From a virus: 64,000 nt of DNA. The stretch is from positions 1 through 64,000 of the IMG/VR virus record IMGVR_UViG_3300025012_000042. One strand, 5' to 3'. Made by a program: the position numbers and the translations under genes. Shown here piece by piece: positions 11,695-23,319 of the stretch. Position 1 is the stretch's first letter. Each line of letters begins with the position of its first letter. The notes beneath the pieces are model-generated. The model made no database searches. It was not told where the DNA came from and worked only from the letters and a program-made list of their open reading frames with translations.

Positions 11695-14264
11695 TACCAT
11701 ATTTAAGAACAACAGATAAAAATACTATAAATTGCAATGCTGATTTAGTAATTTTAGATTCAAGCAATCCAATATTAATATCTCTATGTGATTTACATAT
11801 CAAGAACAGAAAAATATGCTCAGATTTAATCTCTCATTCTTATTCAATTACTTTAAGAGACAGAGAAGATATATTCTTTGAGCAAACATTATACGGTAGA
11901 GAAAATCATTATAGATATAAATCTGACAGAATGGCTGATGATTTAACTCATACAATAATATATAATACTAAAATAAATGATTATTGTATCAATTGGAATA
12001 ATGAAGATAAGAATGAGATTATCACAAAGTATTTAAGGAATATTCATTATTTACCTGTGACTGCTGAAATTGTAAAAATGATTTTAGACAAAGAAGATAT
12101 TGAAAATGCTAAACATAAATATAGTAGTAATTATGGATGTGTTAGTGAGTGTACAGTTTATACAAATAATCCTATGTATCTAGATTTAAAGGTTTATAAA
12201 ATAAATATTACTTGGTTTAAACAAAATTTAAATGCTTTGACTTTGGTTGGATATAAGGAAGATTTTGATTGGAGTAAAATTGAGGATGTTCAGGATTATA
12301 TATTTGCTTTTTTGAATCCAATTAAAGAAAGATTGAAGAAAAATGTTAGAGTTTTGTTTGATCCTAAGAGAGTGAATCAGAAAATGTTTGAAGGTAAAAT
12401 GAAACCATTCGATGGTCAGGTGCCAATTATTCAATCTGCATTAGAGGTTTTGAAGAGAAGTAGGTTCGTTTATTTGGCAGCCGAAATGGGGGTTGGGAAG
12501 TCAACATGTGCAACTAAAGCAAATCATTGTCATTTGTATCCTAACAAACAAAACTACGTCACATTAATTGTTGCTCCTGCAATTACATTAACTCAATGGA
12601 AAGATGAAATTAAGAATAGCATAGGAGATAAAGTAAATATTCATATTATCAAAAAGACATCTGAATTTATCAATATTTACAATAAGAATCAATTGCATTT
12701 CAATAAACCAACATATTTTCTAGTAGGTAAAGAAACGTTCAAACTTGATGCAAAAAGAATATCTGGTGTAAATATTAAGACTATGGAAATAAAGCACAAA
12801 AAAGAAGTACAAAGTGGTGGTTATTATAGTTATTCAACAATTAAAGAAGTTAAAGAAAAAATAACTATAGCATGTTGCCCTGACTGTGGAAGACCTTTAC
12901 AAAATGAGTTAAGGAAAAAAGAAGATGTTTTCTTTACTGAAAAGGATTTTCAAGGAAATCCTAAGAAAAGTAATTATAAATGTTCAAATTGTAATACCGT
13001 ATTGTGGCAAAGTACATATGATAAAACAAAGAAAAGTAGTTTAATAAGATTTATTAAAACCAAGAATATTCATTTTGATAGTGTAATCGTGGATGAAGTG
13101 CATGAGAGCAATACAGTTGGGACAATAATTTCTAGTGCAACTAGGACATTATTTAATTATGCTAAAAAGATAATTTTACTTAGCGGAACCAATAATTCAG
13201 GATATTCTTCGAGTTTATTTAACCTATTCCTTGGATTATTACCCAATAAACTTAAAGAAAATGATGTTATGGAAATAGAGAAATTTATTAAAGCTTACGG
13301 AACATTAATGGCGGTAAACAAAAAGAAAGATGGTGAATACTATCGTTCAGGCCGAAGCGAGATTAAGGATAGCGATTTCAAAGAAATTGAGGGAATACAT
13401 AGCCTAGTATATACTAAATATTTAGTAGAGAACTATATCTTTGCCACATTAGACGATCTAGGAAAGGATTTGCCGGACTTAAACGAGTATTACATACCAA
13501 TACATCAAACTCAAGAAATGGAACGCTTAGAGAGCAATCTGTGGCATGAAATTAAGTCTGCAAATGCCTTCAATGCTAAAATGTATGAAGATTCAATTGT
13601 AAAACATTATATTAATAATCCATTTAAATGGGATTCAATTCCTATTAATAGAGGAGAAGAAAGTTATAAAGAAGTTCAGCCGAAATGTATTAATGATTGT
13701 ATTTTACCAAAGGAACAAGTATTGTTAGATATTGTTAAGCAAGAGTTATCTGAAAATAGAAAAGTTTGTATTTATGTGGATTTTAATAATGGTGGCGAAT
13801 ATATGAAAGGAATTACTATCGCAAAGAGAATTGAAAATTTACTTTCTAAAAATAATATTAAAACATTCACATTAAAATCAACTGTGCCGAATTATGAAAG
13901 AAAAGAATTGTTAGAGAAAAAGAAAGATAGTTTTCAAGTATTAATAACCAATTGTAAATTGATGCAAGTTGGCATTTCCCTTGTGTTTCTTCCAACCTAT
14001 ATAAACTACATGCCTAGTTATCAAGTTAATATTGTTAGTCAGTCAAATAGAAGGGGTTATAGAGTTATTAGTGTATTAGAAAATAGAATTTATCACTTGT
14101 ATTATGAAAATTCATGCGAGAATGGGATTATTAAAAGATTCCAACGTAAGATGGCTGAGAGTAAGGCCATTGTTGGTCAATTTGATGTTTGTTTGGAAGA
14201 TGATGATTCGATTAGAACTGCCAGTAAGTTAAGTAAAAAAATTAATGATAGTGCTACTAAATGA
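11691..14264 (+). CDS. SF2 (SNF2-like) helicase with zinc-ribbon insertion
   Basis: Walker A AAEMGVGKS, Walker B DEVH, motif III LSGT, motif VI-like QSNRRGYR and a CPDC...CSNC insertion. Overlaps the MTase stop (ATGA). Confidence 0.85.
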   Translation: MIPYLRTTDKNTINCNADLVILDSSNPILISLCDLHIKNRKICSDLISHSYSITLRDREDIFFEQTLYGRENHYRYKSDRMADDLTHTIIYNTKINDYCINWNNEDKNEIITKYLRNIHYLPVTAEIVKMILDKEDIENAKHKYSSNYGCVSECTVYTNNPMYLDLKVYKINITWFKQNLNALTLVGYKEDFDWSKIEDVQDYIFAFLNPIKERLKKNVRVLFDPKRVNQKMFEGKMKPFDGQVPIIQSALEVLKRSRFVYLAAEMGVGKSTCATKANHCHLYPNKQNYVTLIVAPAITLTQWKDEIKNSIGDKVNIHIIKKTSEFINIYNKNQLHFNKPTYFLVGKETFKLDAKRISGVNIKTMEIKHKKEVQSGGYYSYSTIKEVKEKITIACCPDCGRPLQNELRKKEDVFFTEKDFQGNPKKSNYKCSNCNTVLWQSTYDKTKKSSLIRFIKTKNIHFDSVIVDEVHESNTVGTIISSATRTLFNYAKKIILLSGTNNSGYSSSLFNLFLGLLPNKLKENDVMEIEKFIKAYGTLMAVNKKKDGEYYRSGRSEIKDSDFKEIEGIHSLVYTKYLVENYIFATLDDLGKDLPDLNEYYIPIHQTQEMERLESNLWHEIKSANAFNAKMYEDSIVKHYINNPFKWDSIPINRGEESYKEVQPKCINDCILPKEQVLLDIVKQELSENRKVCIYVDFNNGGEYMKGITIAKRIENLLSKNNIKTFTLKSTVPNYERKELLEKKKDSFQVLITNCKLMQVGISLVFLPTYINYMPSYQVNIVSQSNRRGYRVISVLENRIYHLYYENSCENGIIKRFQRKMAESKAIVGQFDVCLEDDDSIRTASKLSKKINDSATK
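14163..14249 (+). repeat. Copy 1 of a duplicated 29-codon helicase C-terminal segment
   Basis: Encodes KAIVGQFDVCLEDDDSIRTASKLSKKIND and matches 15574-15660. Confidence 0.9.
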
Positions 14265-14316
14265 CTATTTAGTAGAGATAAAATAATATATAAAAATTAC
14301 ACAAAGGAGAAATTCA

Positions 14317-15672
14317 ATGTTATTAACCAAAAATGTATTAATGAAATGGAGTTATTCAAATAAAAAACGGTATGAAAGTAATGGTTATATATTTACTAAA
14401 TGGAAAGATGAATTTAATGTTAAAGTAGAAGATTTACCAGATGGATCAAATGCGTTAGTTGAAGTAAAATGTGATGGTTGTGGGGAAATACTAACTAATT
14501 TTAGATGGGTAGATTATAAAAAACAAATTAAAGAAGATGGTAAATATTATTGTCATAAATGTGTTATGAAATTATATGGAGGAGAAAATGCCAGATTAGC
14601 AAGATTAAAAAATAGTATATCCTTTAAACAATGGTGTATAGATAATAATAGACAAGATATTCTTGACAGATGGGATTATGAATTAAATCAATTAACTCCA
14701 GATGAAATTAATTATTCCACAAACAAAAAATATTATTTTAAATGTCCTAGAGGAATGCACAAAAGTGAATTAAAAAGTATAGTTAATTTTACAATTAATG
14801 GGCAAGAGGGTTCAATAAAATGTAATCAATGTAATTCATTTGCCCAATGGGGCATAGATAAACATGGTGAAGACTTTTTAGAAAAATATTGGGATTATAA
14901 ATTAAATATATTAAATCCTTGGAATATTGATCATGGAAGTAATAAAAAAGTATGGATTAAATGCCAAGTAAAAGATTATCATGAAAGTTATAAAGTTTCA
15001 GCATACGATTTTTACATTAATAAAAGATGTTCATTTTGTAATACCAACAGTGGCAAAATACATAAATTAGATAGTGTTGGATTTGTACATCCTGAAACGT
15101 TAAGTGTATGGAGCAATAAAAATAATAAATCGCCATATGAATATGCTCCTCATAGCGATAAAGAAGTTTATTGGAAATGTGAACATGGTATACATAGTGA
15201 TTACAAAAGAAATATTGACTGTTCATTAAGATATAATTTTCATTGCCCAGAATGTCGATATTCTAAAGGTGAAAAAATAATAAGTGAATATCTTATGAGA
15301 AGCAATATTTTCTATATTCCACAAAAAACATTTGAAGGACTTGTAGGGTTAGGTGGTGGATTGTTGTCTTATGACCATTATTTACCTAAATATAATTTAT
15401 TAATTGAGTTCCAAGGTAATTATCATGATGGAACAGTCAGCAATCAAACAGAAGAAGAGTTTGAGTATCAAATAGAGCACGATAGGCGTAAAAAGGAATA
15501 TGCAGAATTAAATGGATATAATTTCTTAGAAATATGGTATTGTGATATTAATAATATTGAAGAAATATTAAATAAAGCAATCGAGGGTAAATTTAATGTG
15601 TGTTTAGAGAATGACGATTCAATTAGAATTGCTAGTAAATTAGGGAAAAAGATTAGTGAAGGAGTTATATAA
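14317..15672 (+). CDS. Zinc-ribbon-repeat endonuclease, putative free-standing homing endonuclease
   Basis: Repeated W-x-C...H...C-x2-C zinc-ribbon units and a C-terminal Vsr/PD-(D/E)XK-like motif YDHYLPKYNLLIEFQGNYH...HDRRKKEYA. Confidence 0.75.
   Translation: MLLTKNVLMKWSYSNKKRYESNGYIFTKWKDEFNVKVEDLPDGSNALVEVKCDGCGEILTNFRWVDYKKQIKEDGKYYCHKCVMKLYGGENARLARLKNSISFKQWCIDNNRQDILDRWDYELNQLTPDEINYSTNKKYYFKCPRGMHKSELKSIVNFTINGQEGSIKCNQCNSFAQWGIDKHGEDFLEKYWDYKLNILNPWNIDHGSNKKVWIKCQVKDYHESYKVSAYDFYINKRCSFCNTNSGKIHKLDSVGFVHPETLSVWSNKNNKSPYEYAPHSDKEVYWKCEHGIHSDYKRNIDCSLRYNFHCPECRYSKGEKIISEYLMRSNIFYIPQKTFEGLVGLGGGLLSYDHYLPKYNLLIEFQGNYHDGTVSNQTEEEFEYQIEHDRRKKEYAELNGYNFLEIWYCDINNIEEILNKAIEGKFNVCLENDDSIRIASKLGKKISEGVI
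15574..15660 (+). repeat. Copy 2 of the helicase C-terminal segment, fused in frame to the endonuclease
   Basis: Encodes KAIEGKFNVCLENDDSIRIASKLGKKISE; 21 of 29 residues are identical to copy 1. Confidence 0.9.
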
Positions 15673-15687
15673 TTGTAAAATAAATAT

Positions 15688-15717
15688 TTGACATTGGTAT
15701 TGTGTGCATGTTATAAT
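15688..15717 (+). promoter_or_regulatory. SigA-type promoter
   Basis: TTGACA-N18-TATAAT with extended TG. Confidence 0.75.
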
Positions 15718-15739
15718 ATTAACAAGATATTAAATAAAT

Positions 15740-15765
15740 TCCGTCGAAATATTTCTTTCGAAGGT
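15740..15765. repeat. 10-6-10 palindromic junction site
   Basis: TCCGTCGAAA-TATTTC-TTTCGAAGGT; 8/10 arm symmetry; first site after the promoter at 15688. Confidence 0.65.
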
Positions 15766-17020
15766 TTTGAGGAAGGTGGTGATAAATTATTAAACTATAT
15801 ACACAAGAAGTATCGTCTTGCCTAAATTGTCCAAATGTTTCTGCCAACCATAATGCTAAAGGTAAAGGTGGTAAACAATTTAGTGAGTATAGATGTAGAA
15901 TTGTTTTATCAAGAAACCATAATTATAAACTCATACATAATGAAATAGATAGATATTATTTCCCAGATTGGTGTCCACTATTAGATATTGACAAAGAAGC
16001 ATATTGCAATTGTGATACTCGTATGGAAGATAATTAAACTAAGAAAGGAGAAATAAATGCAACAAAAAGTTAAAGCAAAAATTAAAGGTATATTTTGGGG
16101 AACTGCTACAGTAATTTTAGACCATGATGGAACAATTATTGAAGTAGAAGAAGTGGAAGACCTTGATGATTTCGATGATTGTGAAGTTAGAGAAATTATT
16201 TATAAGATTGGAGGATAAATACATATGAAATACAGAGAAGGAGACAAAGTTGAAATAATTGATCAATCTTCTGAGTTTTACAAAAAGAAAGGTTATGTAA
16301 TGACAACAAAAATAAATGATAAAATATTGGTTGCTTTTCCACCTGCTAAATCAACTGGAAATGGTTTTGAACTAGAACAAATAAAACTTATAAAAAGTTC
16401 TATTAAAGGAAAAGAAGTTGAACCTTGTGGATGTTGTTTGTCAAGTACGGGTTATATATCTGCTAATGTATTGCTTGAAGAATGCCCAATAAAGAGAAAA
16501 TTAGGACAGCATGAAGATTCTATTGATATGAATTTTAAAGAGAAAGTTATGGTATGTACTTGTATAAATTCTAATTACTCTTGGGGTGTACCAACTTGTG
16601 AAAATTATAAAGGACTTAGGGAAGTAACTCGTGGTGGAAGAAAAGTATGGAGAGTCTTCTGCGATGCTGTAGAGGTTTAATAAAGAAAGGAATTGATACA
16701 TAATGGATAACGAATTGTTTAAAGAATTAGAAGAAGCATCAAAACCATTGCAGGATTTCTTAATGAAACATTTTGATCCAATGACTAAAATAGAGGTAGA
16801 GATTGGTCATATTAATGTGTTGAACGGAATAATGGGAATGCCTACTAAAATTGATGATTCTATAAAACAAATTGATAGATATGAAAGTGATATAGAAAAT
16901 TGTGAAAATTGTAAGCATAATGGTAAGTCTGAAACGTGTTATCCTCGTTGGTATGAAATGAATAGGGTAGAAATTAATAAAGATTATGGCAATGGTTTAA
17001 TCAATTGTTGGGAATAACAA

Positions 17021-17046
17021 TCCTAAGAAAAGTCGATTTCCAAGGA
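17021..17046. repeat. 10-6-10 palindromic junction site
   Basis: TCCTAAGAAA-AGTCGA-TTTCCAAGGA; 8/10 arm symmetry. Confidence 0.65.
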
Positions 17047-17074
17047 AATAAAAATAAAAAAGGAGAATGAATAA

Positions 17075-17836
17075 ATGGATTATGATGAAGAACAATATTA
17101 TGAGCCAAATGCATATGAAGAAATAGTAATGGAATATCAACAAAAAATGAAGGAAGTTCTACTAGGCACTATCAAGGTAGAGATAGAAAATATTAAAGAT
17201 GAGAATGCAAGGTTAAAAGAAGAAAACAAAAAGTTAAAAGACGCAAAATATCAAGTAGACAATAAAGAAAGAAACTTAAAATATAAAGAAGACAATCTTA
17301 AAAGAGAAGTGGAAAAAGAATTTTACGCAAGTAATATAGGTGATACTTTAAAAGATTACATAGAAAAGGCAGAGGTTTGGTTTGCTGATAATCAGGGGTT
17401 TCGTCAAGACAAGTGCTCTTTATGCAATGATAAACGTAAACTAGTTGCTAATTTTCCAAATGGGAAAACAACAGAAACAAATTGTGATTGTAGTAATTTG
17501 GTGCATAGATTTGTTCCAGAAACCTCAGAGTTGTCTTTAATTAAATTTAATAAAAAAGATAGTCGGTATCAGTCAGATAGAAGTTTTTATATATCAAAAA
17601 GCTATACCCCATCAAAAGAATCTCGTTATAGAGATGAATATAGTTATAATGAATTTAGGCTTTGTCAGATAGTAGATGAATTTAATGATGATATTAAGGA
17701 ATTACATGAAACTAAAGAGTATGATGTGAAAATTGGATTTAAAACTAAAGAAGAATGCCAAAAATATTGCAATTGGTTAAATAGGGATAAGACAGAAAAA
17801 GTTGAAGATATTGAAGACGAGGAAGATGAAGACTAA
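17075..17836 (+). CDS. Hypothetical protein with coiled coil and CxxC...CxC
   Basis: ORF with RBS AAGGAG; contains CSLC...CDC. Confidence 0.6.
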   Translation: MDYDEEQYYEPNAYEEIVMEYQQKMKEVLLGTIKVEIENIKDENARLKEENKKLKDAKYQVDNKERNLKYKEDNLKREVEKEFYASNIGDTLKDYIEKAEVWFADNQGFRQDKCSLCNDKRKLVANFPNGKTTETNCDCSNLVHRFVPETSELSLIKFNKKDSRYQSDRSFYISKSYTPSKESRYRDEYSYNEFRLCQIVDEFNDDIKELHETKEYDVKIGFKTKEECQKYCNWLNRDKTEKVEDIEDEEDED

Positions 17837-17862
17837 GCATATGAAAAATTAGTTTCGATGTA
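17837..17862. repeat. 10-6-10 palindromic junction site
   Basis: GCATATGAAA-AATTAG-TTTCGATGTA directly after a stop codon. Confidence 0.55.
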
Positions 17863-18259
17863 TTTAGAACTAAAATAATTTATGAAGGCAGGAATTATAA
17901 TGGAAGAACAACAAATTAATATTAACAAACATATGTATTTCAGCGTTGAATATGGACGATTTTATTTAACATCAGAGGCATCTGAAATTATCTATAGACA
18001 AAAAGAATTAATTTGCAGTTATAGTGGAGCTAATGAATGGATTCATCATTTTACATGTGAAATGCTTGATTTTTGTTCAGGGGCTAGTATTTACAATTAC
18101 GCACTAGGGACTATTAGGCACGAAGAAGAAATGGCAAAAGTATTCAATTCTAATAAAGAAGGTTTGGTTAATTTCATTAATAAAACAACTCAGGAACCTT
18201 GGGGTAAAAAGATGTATGAAATGATCGAGATGATTATTGATGGGGCAGTAGCCAATTAA

Positions 18260-18285
18260 CCAAATAAAAATTCCATTTCGTAGTA
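18260..18285. repeat. 10-6-10 palindromic junction site
   Basis: CCAAATAAAA-ATTCCA-TTTCGTAGTA directly after a stop codon. Confidence 0.55.
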
Positions 18286-20034
18286 TAAATAAAAATTTGA
18301 AAGAGGTAATAATTAATGAAAAGTATTTTTAAAGGAAAACACATCAAAAAGATTTATGAGTTTGAATCATATTTATACAAAGATGCTAAAATTCCTTATG
18401 TTGTTTTAACTAAAGTAGTAGAAAACTATGAAACAATTTTAGAAACAGAGTTAGACACACCTCCTCTTGATAGTGGAGATCAATTCTACTTAACAAAAGA
18501 AGATAAAATTATAAGAGTGGAAAGTACACTACGAGGTACTGACAATGTTATGGTTTATCTTACTGATGAAGTTTTAAGCGAAAAGGAAGAATTAGTAGAA
18601 TCACTAAAAGTAGCAATTGCAAAAAGAGAAGAGTATTTAATCAAAAAAGAGCAGAGTGATAAAGAATATACAAAACGACAAGAAGCAAGAGATTATAAAG
18701 AAAAGTATAATGACTCATTCTTTGTTAAAAGATGGTTTATGACTAAACCAGAATAGACTATAAAGAATTATAAGAAAGGAGAATAATATGGAAATACTAA
18801 ATCTACACGATCATGTATATGACACTTACACATCCAAAGTAAAAGGCAATAAATTACTCACATATGAAATGGTTCAGAAGAAATTAACTCGTAATTATCA
18901 CTTATCAAAGAAAGTAAAACTTGGTTCACAAGAATTATGTTTATACGGGTGCTTGACATTTCTAGTTAGCGAAAATTGTGTCTTATGGATAAAGAATTAC
19001 ATAGGCACAGATACATCTTGGTTTCAGAAAGACATGAGGAAATACAACAAACTTAATGAACAATTGGGAATTGATAATAATGCTAAAGAATTAAAGTTTG
19101 ACTAAAACTTAAAAATAATATATAATGAAAGTGAGGATATAAACAATTGGAAAATATGAATAAAATCATGATGCTTAAAGCAAATAGTCCTGCAATACAT
19201 ATGACAGGTGATATTAGTAGAAAATGTGATGATAAAATTAGGATTCATTCTGAGGATGAAAATCATTACATAGGAAGTTTTGAAGAAGGTTATGGATTCA
19301 TTAATGTAAAATTTAACAAAGCAGATTGCAGATTATTAACACAAACAGAGCGTGAAAAGCTTAATGGTAATTGGTATACAATCAATGGCAATCCTTTATA
19401 TAGGATTTATGTAGATGAAGAAGGGAATGTTGTCAATGGCAAAGTTTTAACTGTAAAGGGGGTAATTAGAAAAGTCATTGATAATTTAGGAAAATATAAA
19501 CACAGTGATTTTGTTAATTTAAAGGTTGAGTTTGGAGAAGATGTCTTAATAGGCAGAAGTATTGTAATGTTGACAGGTGAAGGTGCTATTACTACATCAA
19601 GAGTGACAAATGTTGATATTGTAGGTAGTCAACATATAATTAATACTGGAAATAGTGTTTATTATATTGAGGTAACTAATGGCTGAAAAGATTATAGCAT
19701 ATCTTAAACAAGAAGCTGATAAGGAAGTTGTTAAAAGGAATAAAGAGATTAATTCTTATTTTAGAAAATGTTATTATAAGCACAATCTTAGACGTAGGTA
19801 ATACATATTGGTTAGGTTAGCTGAAATTTGTTTAAGAAAGGAGAAATAAGTATGTATAATAATATTCTAGCATGGACATCTTTAGTGAGTGGTTTTTATT
19901 TAATAATGATTGCTTTTATGATGATCACAAAAAATTTTAGGTCAGCATTTTTCTTTAAGTTTATTCCATTGTGTCTAGGACTTAGTTGTATGGGTGTTGC
20001 ATTAAAATTATTTGACATTATTACACTTAAATAA

Positions 20035-20060
20035 TACAAACAAATGACTCTTTCATTTGA
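20035..20060. repeat. 10-6-10 palindromic junction site
   Basis: TACAAACAAA-TGACTC-TTTCATTTGA directly after a stop codon. Confidence 0.45.
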
Positions 20061-20081
20061 TAAATAGAAAGGAATATTTAA

Positions 20082-20537
20082 ATGAGAATAGAAACTAAAT
20101 ATAATTATAGAGATATTGTATATCCAATTAGCACAAGATTTGAAACACTTAAAGTATCTACAAACTGTCCTGCTTGCAAAGATAAAGGTAAAGTTGAACT
20201 CAATGGCAATGAATATACTTGCCCAAAATGTAGAGGTTATACATATCATGAAGTAGAAGGTGATATAGAATATTATGTTACATTTAGTCAAGGTAAAATT
20301 GGAAAAATAGATATTAATCTCTATGATCCGAAATATGAAGGAAAATATGGGAACATATCTGAGATTAGATATATGTTAGACTCGACTGGTATAGGTAGTG
20401 GCACAGTTTGGGAAGAAGATAATCTATTTAAATCTAGAGATGAAGCACAAATAGAATGTGATAGAAGAAATGTTGCATTAAAGATTGAGAGATTGGATAA
20501 AAAAATTCAATTACAGAAAATTAAAATTTTAAGGTAA
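20082..20537 (+). CDS. Hypothetical protein with DnaJ-like CxxCxGxG zinc finger
   Basis: Contains CPACKDKG...CPKCRG. Confidence 0.6.
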   Translation: MRIETKYNYRDIVYPISTRFETLKVSTNCPACKDKGKVELNGNEYTCPKCRGYTYHEVEGDIEYYVTFSQGKIGKIDINLYDPKYEGKYGNISEIRYMLDSTGIGSGTVWEEDNLFKSRDEAQIECDRRNVALKIERLDKKIQLQKIKILR

Positions 20538-21074
20538 ATAAGAAAGGAAGTATAAATATGAAAAAATTAGAATTTGGTTATAAGTGTAAAGATATTGTTA
20601 CAGGGTTTGAAGGGATTTTAAAAAGCAGAGGTGTATTTATTACGGGATGTGACAGAGTTGAATTGGTCAATGCCAGTGAAGAAAAATGGTTTGATATTCC
20701 AACGCTTAAAATCATTGATGATGGAGTCTATCACGATTTACAAGAATCAGGATGTAATAATTATGATGATATTAATGAATCATTATATGATTTCGGCATA
20801 CTAGCAAAAGATAAAATTACTGAATATGAAGGAAAAATAATTGCAAAATCAATTAGTATTACTGGAGATATCTCATATGGATTATCGCCAAAATTTGCAA
20901 AGGAAAATAGCAATAATGATGGGACTTGGTTTGATGAAGGTAGGCTTGAGATTGTAAGCGATAAAAAAGATGAGATTAAAGTAAATGAGAAAAGAACTGG
21001 TGGAGCAGTACCAAGTTTGAAGTGTAGGTAATTTTATTTCATAAGTTAATAATTTAGAAAGAAGGAATTATATA

Positions 21075-22067
21075 ATGAGTCATTTTACTGTAGCCGTTTT
21101 TACCAATGGGAATAAAACTGTTGATGAATTATTAGCACCTTATCAAGAAAACAATATGGATGATTGCCCTAAAGAGTATTTAGAATTTAATGATGAAACC
21201 GAAGAATACTTGGAACAATATGAAAATGATGGAACAGATATGGTTAAAAATCTTGATGGTGAATTAGTATATAAGTGGGATGTTCCAGAAGATTTGAGAA
21301 AAGATATGGTATTCGTAAAACATAAAGAAAAATATAATACATTTGACGAATTCATGAGGGAATATGCTGATTATGAGAAAGATGAAAAGACGGATAAATA
21401 TGGTTATTGGGAAAATCCTAATGCTAAATGGGATTGGTATCAAGAAGGTGGAAGATGGTCAGGACAGTTAAAATTGAAACCCATATTACGTCTAACAAGT
21501 AATGATGCATTTAATACACTCGGATTTAATCAAAATGAATTTTTAAATTTTGTTAATTGGTATAAAACAGATAAAGATAAATTTAATTCAATTATTGAAA
21601 AATACAAAGGATTAAAACAGAAAATAACTAGTGAAGTGGAAATATACATAGAAATGATGAATAGTGAAATAAAACATGTAAATTCTGCAAAGATTAAAGA
21701 TGTTGATTTCTCTCTAGATATTAAAGAATATAATAAAGCAATTAGATTTTGGGAATTAATTGTAGACGGATGTGAACCTAAAAATAAAGAAGAGGAAGAT
21801 ATAATTGGGTGGAGTTTTTATAAACCTGAATACTACAGCAAAAGATATAAAAACAAAGAGCAGTATGCAAAATTAACTGCTGAATTTGGTACATACGCTG
21901 TAATTACTCCTGATGGTAAATGGCATTCAAAAGGTGATATGGGTTGGTTTGGTTGTAGTTCTGAATCTGATGAAGAAGCTAATAGTTGGAGCGTAGGTTT
22001 TAAGGAAAAGTTTATTGATAATGCTGATCCAGAATGGACTTTAACTGTCGTAGATTGTCATATTTAA
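21075..22067 (+). CDS. Conserved phage-type hypothetical protein (NPNAKWDWY...GGRW)
   Basis: MSHFTVAV start and VVDCHI end with the internal NPNAKWDWY motif. Confidence 0.65.
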   Translation: MSHFTVAVFTNGNKTVDELLAPYQENNMDDCPKEYLEFNDETEEYLEQYENDGTDMVKNLDGELVYKWDVPEDLRKDMVFVKHKEKYNTFDEFMREYADYEKDEKTDKYGYWENPNAKWDWYQEGGRWSGQLKLKPILRLTSNDAFNTLGFNQNEFLNFVNWYKTDKDKFNSIIEKYKGLKQKITSEVEIYIEMMNSEIKHVNSAKIKDVDFSLDIKEYNKAIRFWELIVDGCEPKNKEEEDIIGWSFYKPEYYSKRYKNKEQYAKLTAEFGTYAVITPDGKWHSKGDMGWFGCSSESDEEANSWSVGFKEKFIDNADPEWTLTVVDCHI

Positions 22068-23319
22068 AAATTAAAAGATAATTATTAATTTTGATTTGGA
22101 AAGGAGGAAATAATTATATTTGAAATTGGCGATTACATAAATGATAGAATGGAAGAATTAAGTAAAGGTCAAGAATGCTCACCAGTTGGAGATTATATAG
22201 AAACTATTGCAACGGAAGTAAGAGATAAATTTGATGTTCAATGTAGTACATGTCATTGTGGTGGTTTTGATAGTCCAGGTTATGAAATTACATGCTATGC
22301 CATGGCATGGATTAATAAAAATGGAGAACTAGAAATGCTAGATTTTCAAGAAGAATCTTATTAATTCAATTGTAGTGTTTAACGGTATTAAGAAAGGAAG
22401 ATTATATTAATGACAAGTCAAGAACAAAAAACCATAGATAAATTATATCAATTAATGTCTGATATTCAAAAAGAGAATAATGAGTTTAGAAAACAAGTAA
22501 ATGATCTTACAACTAAAATTAATACAAAAGTAGAAACTAAACATCTTCCTATTACTTTAGAACAAGACATCTTATCAGTAGCACAACAATCAATTCAAAA
22601 AGCAATTCAAGAATCTATGACTAAATATGATAGTCCTTTAATTAAACTTGTTTCTTCAGTAATTAATGAGCATTCAACAGAGTTAAGACAAATTATTTCA
22701 GATAGTTTTAATGAAGTAATCAAGAAAGAAGACTTCAAACAATCAATTATTGCAGGTTTTTCACATAAAGTTGCTAGGAGTATTATCAGTAATAATGATG
22801 GATTATTTGATAAAGTGAGCAATGAATTAAAACAAGATGCTGTATTTAAATCTAAAATGGCATTAGCTGTAGCAAATGTTGTAAATGAGTGTTTAGAAGG
22901 AAGGAGTAAAATAAATTGAGTTCATTCAGAAAAGAATTTAATACATATACTTTGCAAGAATTAAAAGATAATGAATCTGGTTTTACTCTTAAAGAATCAT
23001 TTGTCCATGAAGATGAAGTTAAAAGTATACTTGATTCAATAGAAAATGGCGTAAATATTATCAAAGAAGGATTGGAGAGTATTAAAGGATTAAGCGAAAT
23101 TGATGACATTTATACTATAGTAAAAGTGTTATCTGATAAATTATATTAATTTTGATTGAGGGAGGATTATTATGAATACCAACAAACTAATCGTTAAACT
23201 TTTAATCCATTGTCTTAGATTATTGATGGACATTAAAAGCGAACAAACTGGCTCTAATTATTCTTTTGAAAAAGAAAGTGAAGCAATTAGAGAAGCTAGA
23301 AAATATATAGGTGATTGAA

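Noticed and set aside
22075-23160. Additional weak junction-site candidates (22075, 22361, 23135; also 124 and 18755)
   Set aside because: Only one arm fits, so they are not listed as features without a statistical motif model.
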